Assembly: GCA_963714015.1 (NCBI GenBank)
Contig: OY970223.1
Coordinates: forward strand, 2,144,001-2,208,000
Source of the DNA: Vulcanimicrobiota bacterium
GTDB lineage: Bacteria; Vulcanimicrobiota; Vulcanimicrobiia; Vulcanimicrobiales; Vulcanimicrobiaceae
Length of the DNA: 64,000 nucleotides
Reading direction: 5' to 3'
Positions 20,762 through 31,502 of this stretch are shown piece by piece. The position numbers and the translations under genes were made by a program. The notes beneath the pieces were generated by a model. The model searched no databases. It had not been told where the DNA came from and worked only from the letters and a program-made list of their open reading frames with translations. Numbering within the stretch: the stretch's first letter is position 1; every line of letters starts with the position of its first letter.

Positions 20762-23638
20762 GTGACGGTTCAATCCGGCGCGCCCTTTGAACTCCGGCGA
20801 GATACATTGCTGGAGCGGGTCGAACGCGTCCAGCCCCGGCTCGTGGCGCTCATTGCGCCTGCGGGGTTCGGCAAGTCGACCCTCGCGCGGCAGATGATCG
20901 CGGACAAACGCGCGGCGATCTGCGACGTCAGCGGCGTGCACGACGATCTCGACTTGGCGCGCCGTCTGCTTCCAGCGCTGGCGTCGGAGACGCCGGAACA
21001 GACCCAAGCGCTGACGCAGCGCGAATTGATGCTGGGCGACGGCGGAATGTCGGCGCACGACCGCGTGAACCTGGCGCTCGAGAATTGGAAGGCGCCCGCA
21101 GGCGATACCGTCTTCGTCTTCGAGAACTCCGAGCACGTTGCGCGCAGTATCCCGGCTCGTGAATTTTTTGCGCGTCTGCTCGCGCATCGGCCGGAAGGCC
21201 GGCAAATCGTGGTTTGTTCGCGAGAGCCGCTGCGGGTGCATCTCACGCGCTTTGCCGCCCCGCACGAAATCCTGACGCTGCGAGCGCAAGACCTCGCTTT
21301 CGATCGCGTGGAACTTGCGCGGCTCTTTCAGAATGGGGAGCCGGACCCGGGCTTGATCCCGCGCATCGAAAGGGTCTCGCAAGGGTGGCCCATTGCGGTC
21401 TTCCTTCTCAAGCGCTTTGCGAACGAAGGCCGCATCGAACAACTGCTCGAGCGGCTCAATGACGTCGCGTTCGACGAGCTGCACGACTACTTGGCGGATC
21501 AGGTCCTCGCGTCGCTGGATCCGGAACTGCTCGACGCCCTGTTCGCGTGCGCTTGCATTCCGCACGTAACGTTGACGGATCTGCACGCGGTATTGGACGA
21601 TGAGACGGCAGTGCAGCGGCTGGGCGACTTTGCGAAGGAGTCACCGTTTCTCATGCGCGCGCCTGACGGATCGTACAGCGTGCATCCGTTGCTCGCCTCA
21701 CTCTTGACGGAATATCGCGAACAGGCACGGGACGAGTTGCTCGATCGCGCTGCTCGAGCTCATGCAAATGCGCGGCGCTTTCAGCGCGCCGCCGAGCTGC
21801 ACTTGGCGCGCGGCGACCAGGGTGCGGCCGCGCACGCGCTGGGCCAGCACGAAGTAATCCGGGATCACGCTCCTTCGATGGGATACGCGCGGGTCTTGGC
21901 CTCACTCGATCGATCGCTGCTGCACCGTTATCCGCGCTTGTGGGGCGTCACGGCGCTCATGCGGATGTTCTGCATCGACACCGAAGAGCTGCTCGACGAG
22001 GCCGAGTCGATTTGGCGCACGCTCGCGCCCGACGTTACGCCGCTCGAGCGCTATTACGTGCTGGTGTTTCGCATTCTGTTCATGAGTTACATCGGCTTGC
22101 TCGAGGAAGCAGAAGAGTTACTCGCGCGTTTCGCCACCGAGAACGGCGTCGGCGAGGAGCCGGGGAGCTTCTTTGAGGGGTACGTCTTTTACCTCAGGGG
22201 ACTGATGCGCGCGCGCAGCGGACGGCTTACGCAGGCGGAGCACGATCTTACGCTGGCGCTTCCGTTGGTGGGAAGCATGGACGTCATGTCCTCCGGTACC
22301 CTTCTGGCGCTCGGCGCGGACATTGCAAGGGTGCGCGGCGAGTTCGCGCTCTCCCGTCAGTTCGTCGATCGCGCGATCGAGGGTGCGCGCCGTTCGGGGT
22401 TGTACAATTTCCTCGCCTTCGATCTGGCCGAAGCTGCGTTCGGCGCGTGGCTGCGCGGCGACGACGCGGATTTCGGGCGATACGGCGCCGAGCTCGACCG
22501 GGTCGTTCATCTGAACGGCGTGCGCGGGTTTGCTTTTTTTGCCGCGGCCGTGCGCGGACGGCTGGAAGAACCGGCGGATTCGGATCTGCTCAAGTGGGTT
22601 GCTTGCGGACGGATTATCATGGCAGCGACCACACCCGACGTCAAGATCGCGGTACGGCATGCGCGCGGGGCGGTGACGGCGGCCCGGCAATACCGCGCGC
22701 CTTTTATGGAAGCGCTGGCACTGATCACGCTGGCAACCTTTGAGGATCTGGAGTTCGAAGCCCACATGGGAGAAGCGCTCGCGTGCGCCGGACGGTGCGA
22801 GGCGCCCGCCTTCGTACAGGCGGTCGACGCTGCCGCTCAGCGGCGCGGCGACTGCGGCATGCTGCAAGCATTCGTTTCGCGTCTGCAGCTGGAACGCGTG
22901 GAACGCGTGCCTGCGCTCGAAGTTCAGATTTTGAGCGGTACGGTTTCGTGCGAGGGCCGTCCGGTCGCACTGTCGGAACGAGAACATGCGTTGCTGATCG
23001 CGCTCGCGCTGCATCGCGAAATCGTCGCGCGTTCCCGTCTGGCCGACATGCTGTGGCCGGACCTCGACGCGTATGCGGGGCGCAACTCGCTCAGTGTTTG
23101 CATGCACCGCCTGCGCCAGCATCTGGGCAACGATCATACCATCGTGCGCAGTAAGGAAGGGTACGCGCTCGGTGACGAAGTGCGCGTGGATCTCTGGGAC
23201 TTGGATCGCGTGGCGGGCGTGCTGAGATCGCGCCCGGCGCTCAGCGAGGCGGATCGGCGGATATTCGAGGACGCGTATGAGAAGCTTCGCGTGCGACGCC
23301 CGGAACGCATGATGCAATGGGAATGGTTCGTGGCGACGGAACGCCATATACGCGAGCTGCGCATGGAAGTCGCGCACCGTCTGGCCTCCGATGCTCTCGC
23401 TCACGGAAGCGCGCGGCGCGCAATCGAACTGGCGCTGGAAATGATCGGCTACGATCCTTGCGACGAAGCGGGACGGCAGATTGCGATCACCGGTTATCTG
23501 GCGGCCGGGGATCGCAGTGCAGCCTTGCGTCAGTACCGGCAATACCGGCAAACGCTGCTGGAAGAACTGCAATGTGAACCGTCGGAAGACATAAAACGCT
23601 TGGTCGGGTTCTCTACTTTGACGCCGGTCACCACTTGA
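20762..23638 (+). CDS. MalT-like ATPase-TPR regulator with C-terminal wHTH-BTAD (SARP-like) domains
   Basis: APAGFGKST, QGWPIA, HPLL, LWPD, LSVCMHRLRQ, DPCDE, YRQTLLEELQCEPS. Confidence 0.88.
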   Translation: MTVQSGAPFELRRDTLLERVERVQPRLVALIAPAGFGKSTLARQMIADKRAAICDVSGVHDDLDLARRLLPALASETPEQTQALTQRELMLGDGGMSAHDRVNLALENWKAPAGDTVFVFENSEHVARSIPAREFFARLLAHRPEGRQIVVCSREPLRVHLTRFAAPHEILTLRAQDLAFDRVELARLFQNGEPDPGLIPRIERVSQGWPIAVFLLKRFANEGRIEQLLERLNDVAFDELHDYLADQVLASLDPELLDALFACACIPHVTLTDLHAVLDDETAVQRLGDFAKESPFLMRAPDGSYSVHPLLASLLTEYREQARDELLDRAARAHANARRFQRAAELHLARGDQGAAAHALGQHEVIRDHAPSMGYARVLASLDRSLLHRYPRLWGVTALMRMFCIDTEELLDEAESIWRTLAPDVTPLERYYVLVFRILFMSYIGLLEEAEELLARFATENGVGEEPGSFFEGYVFYLRGLMRARSGRLTQAEHDLTLALPLVGSMDVMSSGTLLALGADIARVRGEFALSRQFVDRAIEGARRSGLYNFLAFDLAEAAFGAWLRGDDADFGRYGAELDRVVHLNGVRGFAFFAAAVRGRLEEPADSDLLKWVACGRIIMAATTPDVKIAVRHARGAVTAARQYRAPFMEALALITLATFEDLEFEAHMGEALACAGRCEAPAFVQAVDAAAQRRGDCGMLQAFVSRLQLERVERVPALEVQILSGTVSCEGRPVALSEREHALLIALALHREIVARSRLADMLWPDLDAYAGRNSLSVCMHRLRQHLGNDHTIVRSKEGYALGDEVRVDLWDLDRVAGVLRSRPALSEADRRIFEDAYEKLRVRRPERMMQWEWFVATERHIRELRMEVAHRLASDALAHGSARRAIELALEMIGYDPCDEAGRQIAITGYLAAGDRSAALRQYRQYRQTLLEELQCEPSEDIKRLVGFSTLTPVTT

Positions 23639-23694
23639 GGAACAATTTTTATGCAAGCGGCGACGGCTTCGTCGATGCAATCGGCTAAACGCGT

Positions 23695-24267
23695 GTGATC
23701 GCGGTCCTCCTCGCGGCGGTACTTCACGCGGCGGTTTACGACGTACTGATCTCCGCGGGTCACGAAGGCCGCCCAGCAAGCTGCGCGCGCTTCCCCCATC
23801 GCGCGTGCAATCTCGGAGCTGCAGGGGAGCGAAACTGGACGCCGATAGTGGCGGATGAAGCGGCGCGAGCACTGCGCGCCGATGGTTACTCCGTCGCCCG
23901 GGAACCCGCCGATTTCAAGGGGAGATATCGGGTCCGGAGTGCCATCTTCATCCACTTCGACGGCAGCACGTCGCCCTGCAGCAGCGGAGCGTCGATCGGA
24001 TACCACGACCGCGGTTCGGCATATGCCGCGCAACTCTGGCACAAGGATTACGGCGCAGTTTTTCCTTTTCGATTTCAGCCGGATAACTTCACCGGGGGAC
24101 TGCGCGACTACTACGGCTTCCGTCAAGTGCGCGCGCAGCGCGGGGCGCTGGTGCTCGAGCTGGGAGAGGTATCGTGTCCGGCGCAGCGCTCCTGGCTTTC
24201 CGCAAGGCTTCGCTGGGAGGGTGATTTCATCGCCCAATTCGTACGCCAACTCATCGGCACGGAGTAA
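23695..24267 (+). CDS. N-acetylmuramoyl-L-alanine amidase (Amidase_3)
   Basis: SAGH, GE, FIHFDG and VLELG Zn/catalytic motifs; signal peptide. Confidence 0.75.
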   Translation: MIAVLLAAVLHAAVYDVLISAGHEGRPASCARFPHRACNLGAAGERNWTPIVADEAARALRADGYSVAREPADFKGRYRVRSAIFIHFDGSTSPCSSGASIGYHDRGSAYAAQLWHKDYGAVFPFRFQPDNFTGGLRDYYGFRQVRAQRGALVLELGEVSCPAQRSWLSARLRWEGDFIAQFVRQLIGTE

Positions 24268-24337
24268 CCCGAGCGATTGCAGCGAAGGCTCTCGCGGTTC
24301 GCTTTTCTTTTCGATAAATCGTCAGTGGAGGACGCTT

Positions 24338-26440
24338 ATGAATATTCCCATTCGTCTCTTTGGTGTCGCATTAGCTTGCACGCTGCTCGTGCCGATCGTT
24401 TCCGTGGCGCAGAACTCGCCGGCGCTCGTCGGCTGGGCTGCGGGACCGGACGTCGCGAAAGAACTCCAGTACGAGAAGACGATGATGAGCGTTCCCAGCG
24501 CGTCGAACGCGATGGACATCGAGACGCATATCTCGTCCGTGCCGCACCGCGCAGGCTCCCCGGCGGACGTTGCCACTGCGAATTACGTGCGCGACCGTCT
24601 GACGAAGGACGGATTCAGCACGCGTTTCATCAAGTACAGCGTTTGGTTTACGGGGCCGGTGTCGCAGGCCTTGCAGCTCGTTGCACCGCATCGCGAGACG
24701 ATCGATTTGGTCGAAGGAACGCCCGGCGCCCATACCAAGTGGGAAAGGATGTCGGGCCCCGCATTCTTGGAAGACTCCGGTGACGGCGACGTAACGGGGC
24801 CGGTGTATTATGTGAACGCCGCCTCGAAAGAAGACTTGGCGGAGCTCGATTCGCTCCACGTAAATCTGCAAGGCGCGATCGCGGTCGTGCGGCTCTCCGC
24901 GCCGGGCGGCGGCGGCTTGGCACGCGGCTTCGATCCGAAATACAACGCGTACACGGAGCTGCGCAAACGCGGAGTCGCCGCGATTTTAGAATTCATGGAT
25001 CCGGCCACGCAGGGCTACGGCGGCGGCCAGACATGGCCCAGCGGCAATTACAAGAACATGAACATGGCCGAGCGAATGGGCGGAATGGCGCCGGGCAGTT
25101 TTGCGAACGCGCCGCCGGGCGATCCGACGTTGCCGGGCAAAGCGCCCATCGTCGGCGTCGCGCATCTTCCGTACGATCAGGTTCCGCACGCCACTATCCC
25201 CGAGCTCAGTATCACGATGGCGATTGCGCGTAAACTGCTTGCCGGCTTGAAAGGTCCGGTCGAGGGAACGGATTGGCATCCCATGTTCGAGTTCGTTCAG
25301 CATGTGGGCGACGGTTCCGAAAAGGCGCACGTGCGCGTCAAGTTTACCCGGCATCTCGTCACGATTTACAACGTCCTGGGCGAGATCAAAGGCTCGACGG
25401 ACCCGGCGTCGATCGTCATGATCGGCAGTCACCGCGATGCGATGACGTTCGGCGCGATTGACCCGGGAAGCGGCACCACAGTGCTTCTGCAGGACGCCGA
25501 CGCCTTTCACAAGTTGCTGCTGCAAGGATACCGGCCCAAGCGGACGATCCAGATATTGTCCTGGGACGGCCACGAGCTGGGCCTCTACGGTTCGGCTTCG
25601 TACATCTATCAATACGGACCGCAGCTGCGTACGAACGTCTTTCAATACATCAATACCGATCAGCTGACGACCGGCAACCCGTTCATCATCAGCGCATCTC
25701 CGGGGTTGTTCGCATTCATGAAGCAGATCGCCGACGTCGTTCCGGGACCGGACGACCAAATGCTCAGTGCGCGCGATCAAAGCAAGCGTCCATTGCTGAA
25801 CGCAATGACCGGCGGGTCGGATCATCAGAATTTTGCTTACATCCTCGGCGTGCCGAGCACGTCCAATGGTTTCTACGGATTCTTCGGCGCGCATCATACG
25901 GCGGAAGACAACCTCGAGGGTCTGCGCACCTACGATCCCGGCATGAAAGAAGCCGTAGCGTGCGCGCAGGTCACGGGGATTCAGGCCATGCGCGCTGCAG
26001 GTGCGACCGTGGATCCGCTGCGCGTGGCGGAGATCCCGGAGCAGCTGCTCAAAGACATGCCGATGCTTACCGTAGCGACGATGGGGAAAGCGGACCTGTC
26101 CTCGCTCGCCGGCGCCCTAAGATCGTATGAAGCGGCCGCGAAAGCGATGGACGCGCAGATGGCCAAGGCCGAAGCTTCGGGCGATGCCGCAACGATGAAG
26201 TCGATCGCCGCCAAAGAAGCGGACGCACGCAACGCGTTTTTCGATCCGGACGGGCTCGCGTTCAACAAGTATTACCATACGTTCGACCGGGTTTTCGTCA
26301 GCTTCCCGGAGGTGCTCTTTGCGGGCAGCGATCCCGCAGGGGCGCAAGCAGCGATCGACCACGCGGCGGCAGCTGCTAAACAAGCTGCCGCGGCGCTCGG
26401 TGCAACTGCGTCGGCTCAGATCACGCCGCAGTCGAAATGA
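24338..26440 (+). CDS. M28 peptidase, glutamate carboxypeptidase II/transferrin-receptor-like, with PA domain
   Basis: PHRAGS, GDPTLPG, GSHRDA, GAIDPGSG, WDGHE, GSDH, HHTAED; signal peptide. Confidence 0.88.
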   Translation: MNIPIRLFGVALACTLLVPIVSVAQNSPALVGWAAGPDVAKELQYEKTMMSVPSASNAMDIETHISSVPHRAGSPADVATANYVRDRLTKDGFSTRFIKYSVWFTGPVSQALQLVAPHRETIDLVEGTPGAHTKWERMSGPAFLEDSGDGDVTGPVYYVNAASKEDLAELDSLHVNLQGAIAVVRLSAPGGGGLARGFDPKYNAYTELRKRGVAAILEFMDPATQGYGGGQTWPSGNYKNMNMAERMGGMAPGSFANAPPGDPTLPGKAPIVGVAHLPYDQVPHATIPELSITMAIARKLLAGLKGPVEGTDWHPMFEFVQHVGDGSEKAHVRVKFTRHLVTIYNVLGEIKGSTDPASIVMIGSHRDAMTFGAIDPGSGTTVLLQDADAFHKLLLQGYRPKRTIQILSWDGHELGLYGSASYIYQYGPQLRTNVFQYINTDQLTTGNPFIISASPGLFAFMKQIADVVPGPDDQMLSARDQSKRPLLNAMTGGSDHQNFAYILGVPSTSNGFYGFFGAHHTAEDNLEGLRTYDPGMKEAVACAQVTGIQAMRAAGATVDPLRVAEIPEQLLKDMPMLTVATMGKADLSSLAGALRSYEAAAKAMDAQMAKAEASGDAATMKSIAAKEADARNAFFDPDGLAFNKYYHTFDRVFVSFPEVLFAGSDPAGAQAAIDHAAAAAKQAAAALGATASAQITPQSK

Positions 26441-26705
26441 GGCCTAAACGTTCGAGACGCTGACGAACCCCGTTGTTCGTGCGTCCGAACAGCAAGGCAA
26501 TATCCTCGACGGCGTTGCCGGCGGTGAAGAGTCTGCGCAATTCTTCATCGTCGGCGGCGCTCCAAGCCTTGCCGGCGTTCGGATGCGTCTCCCGCAGCTT
26601 AGCATAGGGTCCCGGCCTTTTGCCAAGTACTTGCAGCTCGGCGAGAAGGTCCTCGACGCGCGAGCAAAGGCAGTCCAATTTTACCATCGTTGCGTCCATG
26701 TCCAT
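26421..26705 (-). CDS. Small HTH (Myb/SANT-like) protein
   Basis: NAGKAWSAADDEELRRLF...IALLFGRT..GVRQRLERLGL; ATG after AAAGGGTG. Confidence 0.65.
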   Translation of the reverse strand: MDMDATMVKLDCLCSRVEDLLAELQVLGKRPGPYAKLRETHPNAGKAWSAADDEELRRLFTAGNAVEDIALLFGRTNNGVRQRLERLGLISTAA

Positions 26706-26846
26706 GCGTTACACCCTTTCTTGTTAGAAGTTGACGCTCCGAAGTGTAGGGTGCAGCCGTGCCATACGTCGTGGCACTCTGCATAAAATACGCGTTCGCT
26801 TGCGCTGACGTACTAATATTCACAATTTTGGGAATTGGGTTTGCAA

Positions 26847-27080
26847 ATGTGGAGCGGCGCCGACGAAATTTGGAACCGGCTGAAACAAAGCGCTAAGGAT
26901 TGGGCAGCTTCCGGCCGTCAGCTCCCTAGCGAGGAAGAGTGTGCCGAAATCGCTAGGACAACCGTGGAGGCAGCCCTGGGATCCGGTACCGCGGTCAGCG
27001 CGGAAGCGCTCGAGTTTTACTCCGCCGAGTTTTGCGCTATGGTCGAAGACTTGCGCCGGGAGCGAAACGTATCGCACTGA
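26847..27080 (+). CDS. Small acidic hypothetical protein
   Basis: Helical 77-aa ORF filling the gap between two minus-strand genes. Confidence 0.5.
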   Translation: MWSGADEIWNRLKQSAKDWAASGRQLPSEEECAEIARTTVEAALGSGTAVSAEALEFYSAEFCAMVEDLRRERNVSH

Positions 27081-27096
27081 AGGGTTCGCGTCCGAG

Positions 27097-27825
27097 CTAT
27101 TGAATGCCGCAGTGATGCGCCGCCGACAGGGCAATCGGTAGGAGCTGCAGGCGTAAGTCGCGCAGCGAACCGGTCAGCGAGGGTGAAGGGGGCGCCGGAG
27201 TAGGCGTTGGGGTAATGGGCGCGCCGGCGGGCGGCGAGAGAAAGTACGGCGACGGCGTCTGCGTTTCGAAATCGTAAACGGGCGGCGGCTCACTGCGATA
27301 ATTTCGTGCAATCTCGGCGCGCACCGCTTCAATGAAGCGAAAGCTGGTTTGTTTCGGTCCAGATTGTGAGCCGCCGCCGCTCGTCATCGATTCGTACCGG
27401 TCCGCAAGGATGCGTTCGACGTCGACGATCGTTTGAATGCGGTCTCGCAACGCATCCAGAGACGGATCGCGGCCTTGCGGCGTGGCGCTGTAGGAACGCC
27501 GAAGCGCGTCGTCGACCTCGCTCAGATCGTCGTACGTCTGCGACGCGAGCTGGTCGATGTCGGCCGACTGAAGCGTTATCGCGGGACCTTCCATCGCGCC
27601 GGCTCGGGTCCATTCGGACATTTTCGCGCGGTGATCGTCGATCGCGGCGAAGCGCTGGTCGTTCTGCTCCAATGCGTTGAGAAACAGGGGCAGCACCCGA
27701 TGCATCGCATTACACAGCGGCGTCACGCGCATCTGCTCGATCGTGCGCAGCGGCGTGGATGACGGCGACGGTGCCGGAGCGGTCGTCAAGAGTGACTGCA
27801 GGAGCAGAGCAAAGATCAATCGCAC
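27097..27825 (-). CDS. Secreted hypothetical protein
   Basis: Signal peptide, Pro-rich linkers, PLRTI motif. Confidence 0.7.
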   Translation of the reverse strand: MRLIFALLLQSLLTTAPAPSPSSTPLRTIEQMRVTPLCNAMHRVLPLFLNALEQNDQRFAAIDDHRAKMSEWTRAGAMEGPAITLQSADIDQLASQTYDDLSEVDDALRRSYSATPQGRDPSLDALRDRIQTIVDVERILADRYESMTSGGGSQSGPKQTSFRFIEAVRAEIARNYRSEPPPVYDFETQTPSPYFLSPPAGAPITPTPTPAPPSPSLTGSLRDLRLQLLPIALSAAHHCGIQ

Positions 27826-27864
27826 GTTTCGACAACGACCCCAAACACCGGATTGTGAGGTCCT

Positions 27865-28395
27865 ATGTTTGCCGCGCTGCTCCTAAGCGCCCTGCTCGTG
27901 CGCATCGAGACGACGATGGGGACTATCACTGTCGCGCTCGACGCGCAGCACGCTCCTATCACGACCGCAAACTTTCTTCGCTACGTCGACGCCGGCAAAT
28001 ACAACGGAAGCACGTTTTATCGAACGGTGCGCCCCGGAAATCAGGCGTATCACCGGCCGATTCAAGTAATCCAAGGCGGTCTGAACGTGGAGCAGTATGG
28101 CCCCTACGGCCCTATTCCGCTCGAATCGACAGCCAAATCCGGTTTGAGCAACGAGGCGGGCACAATCGCCATCGCGCGCGATAAATCTCCCGGCACCGGA
28201 AGTTCGGAGTTCTTTATCAATATGGTCGACGATCCGGTGCTCGATGCCCAAAAAAGCCCGGATCACTACGGCTACGCGGTCTTCGGCCACGTCGTCCAAG
28301 GCATGGACGTTGCGCGCAAGATCGAGTGGGCGAAGGCGGCTAAGCAGAAGCTCACCCCGGCCGTCAAGATCATTCGCGTCGTGCGCGTGCGTTGA
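27865..28395 (+). CDS. Cyclophilin-type peptidyl-prolyl cis-trans isomerase
   Basis: APITTANFLRYV, FYRTV, IQGG, GTIAIAR, SEFFIN, YAVFGHVVQGMDV. Confidence 0.95.
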   Translation: MFAALLLSALLVRIETTMGTITVALDAQHAPITTANFLRYVDAGKYNGSTFYRTVRPGNQAYHRPIQVIQGGLNVEQYGPYGPIPLESTAKSGLSNEAGTIAIARDKSPGTGSSEFFINMVDDPVLDAQKSPDHYGYAVFGHVVQGMDVARKIEWAKAAKQKLTPAVKIIRVVRVR

Positions 28396-28444
28396 CCGGC
28401 CCCTCAGGGAGGAGCATCGCCGGCACAATCTGCTTGCGAGCCGG

Positions 28445-28737
28445 CGCTACCGGTACCGGGTACATCCGCTCAGGTGCGCGCATTCGAGCACGCGTACGGG
28501 CCGACGGGACCCTGGGCCAAGCTCTTTCGCCGGCACCCGGCCTACAAACGAACGCGCCTTTTCCGGCGCCGCAGCGATGCCGGAATCTACGTGACAAACG
28601 TTCCGGGTGGAATACGGCGAACCGGACCGTCAGCCGGCCATGCTCAAACTGGACGAACGTTTACTTGGACTTTACGAGGGGATCGAAGAGTACTGCCCTT
28701 CGGTCGATACGCTCGGCTGAGCTTCCTGGTAAAATAG
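28445..28737 (+). pseudogene. Remnant of an ABM-like (dimeric alpha/beta barrel) protein
   Basis: RYRYRVHP/AQVRAFEHAYGPTGPWAKLFRRHPAYKRTRLF...YVT; no clear start, and the resemblance fades afterwards. Confidence 0.5.
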
Positions 28738-28741
28738 GGAG

Positions 28742-31375
28742 GTGATACGTCCGGTAGCCGCCGATGGGCGGCTGGAGACCGGTGGTGCGTTTACGCCCAT
28801 CATGCGTCCACGCGTCGTCGATCGGATTGCCGAGGCGGCGGCTCAGCGTATCGTCCTCATCATCGCCCCCGCGGGCTACGGCAAATCGGTGGCCCTTCGG
28901 CAGTATCTCGAAACGCTGCAGGACTCGCACGTTCGTTACGACGTTCGCGCCGAACACGCGACTCTGCTAGGTTTCGTCCGCGGCTTCGCGGACGCGTTAT
29001 TGGAAGTGGCGCCGGATGCGCGCAAGAGCGTATCCAACGCGTTCGAGAAGAGCCGGTCTTCCGCGAGTCAAGGCGCGGACCTTGCGATGTGGCTGCACGC
29101 GCACATCAAGACCTTTACCGGCGTCATCGCAATCGACGACTTGCATGTGGCCGAAGGCGATCCCCAGATATCCAAGTTCGTCGTCTCATTGATCGAGCGC
29201 ACCAAAGGCCGCCTGAACTGGGTTATCGCATCGCGCTCTTCGCTCGATCTGCCCGTCGGATCGTGGCTGGCGTACGGCGAAATGGATCTGAACATCGACG
29301 AACAGGATCTGCGGTTCACCACCGAAGAGGCGCGCGTCGCTGCCAAGGCTTCGCGCGTCGGCGTGCGCGACGAAGAGCTCGCGCAAATACTTGCCATGAC
29401 CGAAGGGTGGCCGACCGCCCTGAGCTTTGCGCTGCGAACCTCGACACGATCGATCGATCTGCGCAACATTGCGGCGACGACGCGCGAGATGGTCTATCGC
29501 TATCTCGCCGAGCAGGTTTACAGATCGCTGCACGACGAGGAGCGCGATCTTCTCCACTTCGTTGCGTTCCTGCCGGACATCAACATCGAGGTTTTGCGGG
29601 CCGCCGGATACGTGAACGCGAAGTCCGTCATCGAAGCGTTGCGGGACAAAGTCGCCTTTATCTATCCGGACACTCCGGGCGTTTACCGGTGTCACGATCT
29701 TTTCCGCGACTTCTTGCAACACGAAGCCGAGCTGGGCGGCGACCGCCAGGTTGAGGATTTGCGGCGGCGAGCAGCCGCGGCGCTGGATGCGGCCGGCAAG
29801 CATTCCGCGGCGCTGCGTTTGTACGCGCGGCTGCAATCCGAGCCGGATATTCTGCGGATTCTGGACGTGCGCGGTTTCGCGCTCATGGATCAGGGGCATG
29901 CGGACGTCGTTCATGAAGCGCTCGATGCGCTCTCTTCCGAAGTGCGAGCCGGCAATTCGCTCGTCCTGGGTTTGCGCGCGCTGGGGGAAGCGGATCAAGG
30001 CCGCTTCGATCGCGCCGAGTCGCTGCTGCAGCGCGCCATCGCGCGGGTTCACAGCAAGGAACTGGCGGCCGATCTTTCGATCCGCCTGTCGGTCATACTT
30101 TCGAATCAGGGCCGCGATATCTGCGAGCTGCTCGCGCCCGTCGTGGAAGAAGAGTCTGTCTGACGACCTGCACGGCTCTGCGATGGCGATGCTTGCAGTT
30201 GGTCACGCGTATACCGGCCGTCTCGAGGAAGCACAAAAGGCGATAGACGTAACGGAGAAGCTTGCATTGCGCGTCGAATCGGATGAGATTCGAGCCAAGA
30301 TGTATTTGCGTTTGGGAAACGCGTCGACTGCCGCGCAGACTGCCGCAGGAGCGAATCGTGTCGTTCTTGCAGCGAGGACAGACGCTCTCGCAGCAGACGG
30401 CGTTGTTCAGCATCGCCGCGCACTGCTTCAGCTCCCTTGCCAACATTCAGCTTATTCTATGAAGATGACGGATCGAAGTGCTCGTGGTACGCGCAGCAAG
30501 CGCTCAACTCCGCAATAAAAGCCGGAGATCGCCTTCCGATGCAGACGGCACTCCTGCAAATGATCAACGTCGAGACAAGGCGAGGGAATCAAGAGCGTCT
30601 TCATGGCCTGCTCGCGCAATTCGCGTCAACTGCGACGACCGACGCAGCGCGCATGTCGTACGTCATGTCCGACCGCGCCATCATGGCCGCATGGGAAGGC
30701 CGTTTCGACGAGGCTCACCGTCTGCAGTCCCTCGCCGATCCGGGATTCTTTGCCTTCGACCGCGTTTATAACGGCGCGCTGCTCGCGCTCTACGCAGTTG
30801 CCTCGGGCCGGCGGGAGTCGGGGCTGGAGCACTGCGAGCGGGTCCTCAAGGAAATCGATCGGGGCGACTTTCAATATCTGTTCGGCAAGCGGCAAGCGGA
30901 GATCGCCCGCTTCCTATGCGGCAGCACCGAGGCGCTCGCGGGGCGGCTTTCGAATGCCGGTCGGATTTTGAAGCGGCGGCCTCAGGCCGAGGGCCCCGCT
31001 ATCGAGGCGATGCACGAAGCAGCAACCGCTATTTGGCGAACGATAAAGCGGCCGGCGCTCCGGGGCGATATTCGTGACAGCCTCGAACCCCTGCAGCTGT
31101 TGGGGTGGGGCGGCATCGCACGAGTGCTCGAGCAGGCAGTCGCTCGCTGCTTGATCGAGGACGCGGGCGTAGCGCCCGAAATCATCCTGACCAGAGCCGA
31201 GCTGGACGTGCTTTCGCGCTTGGCCGAAGGTCAGAGTCCAAAGGACATCGCCGAAGAAACGGGCCGGAGCATCTATACGATTCAGGCGCACGTTCAGAAC
31301 GTCATCAAGAAATTGGGGTGCAGCGGCCGTCACGAGGCCCTGACGGTAGCGCGCAAGCGAGGCTTGCTAGCGTAG
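28742..31375 (+). CDS. MalT-like ATPase-TPR-LuxR regulator (frameshifts near 30155, 30339 and 30448)
   Basis: APAGYGKS, IAIDDLH, LRFT, EGWPTAL, YRCHDLFRDFL; C-terminal LTRAELDVL..LAEGQSPKDIA..TIQAHV HTH. Confidence 0.85.
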
Positions 31376-31387
31376 GGTCCATGATCG

Positions 31388-31421
31388 TTCACTAGTATTC
31401 ACCTTGCGACCGTCTAGTGAA
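31388..31421. promoter_or_regulatory. Inverted repeat, candidate operator
   Basis: TTCACTAG-N18-CTAGTGAA between the regulator and the small peptide ORF. Confidence 0.4.
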
Positions 31422-31502
31422 ATTTAACGAGAGACCTAACCCCCTGCCTCTCGCTATCCTGTGGAAAAGAACCCTGTCTTATTCCGGGAGCGATTTTTTA
31501 TA

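Noticed and set aside
23855..24337. N-terminal extension of the 861-aa M28 ORF, and similar upstream extensions at 3162, 20675, 48353 and 61540
   Set aside because: Most overlap upstream genes, and in each case a downstream start with an RBS or signal peptide fits better.
28742..31375. Calling the split genes pseudogenes or programmed frameshifts
   Set aside because: There are no slippery heptamers and no other decay, and all breaks coincide with AGCT, so sequencing error is more parsimonious.
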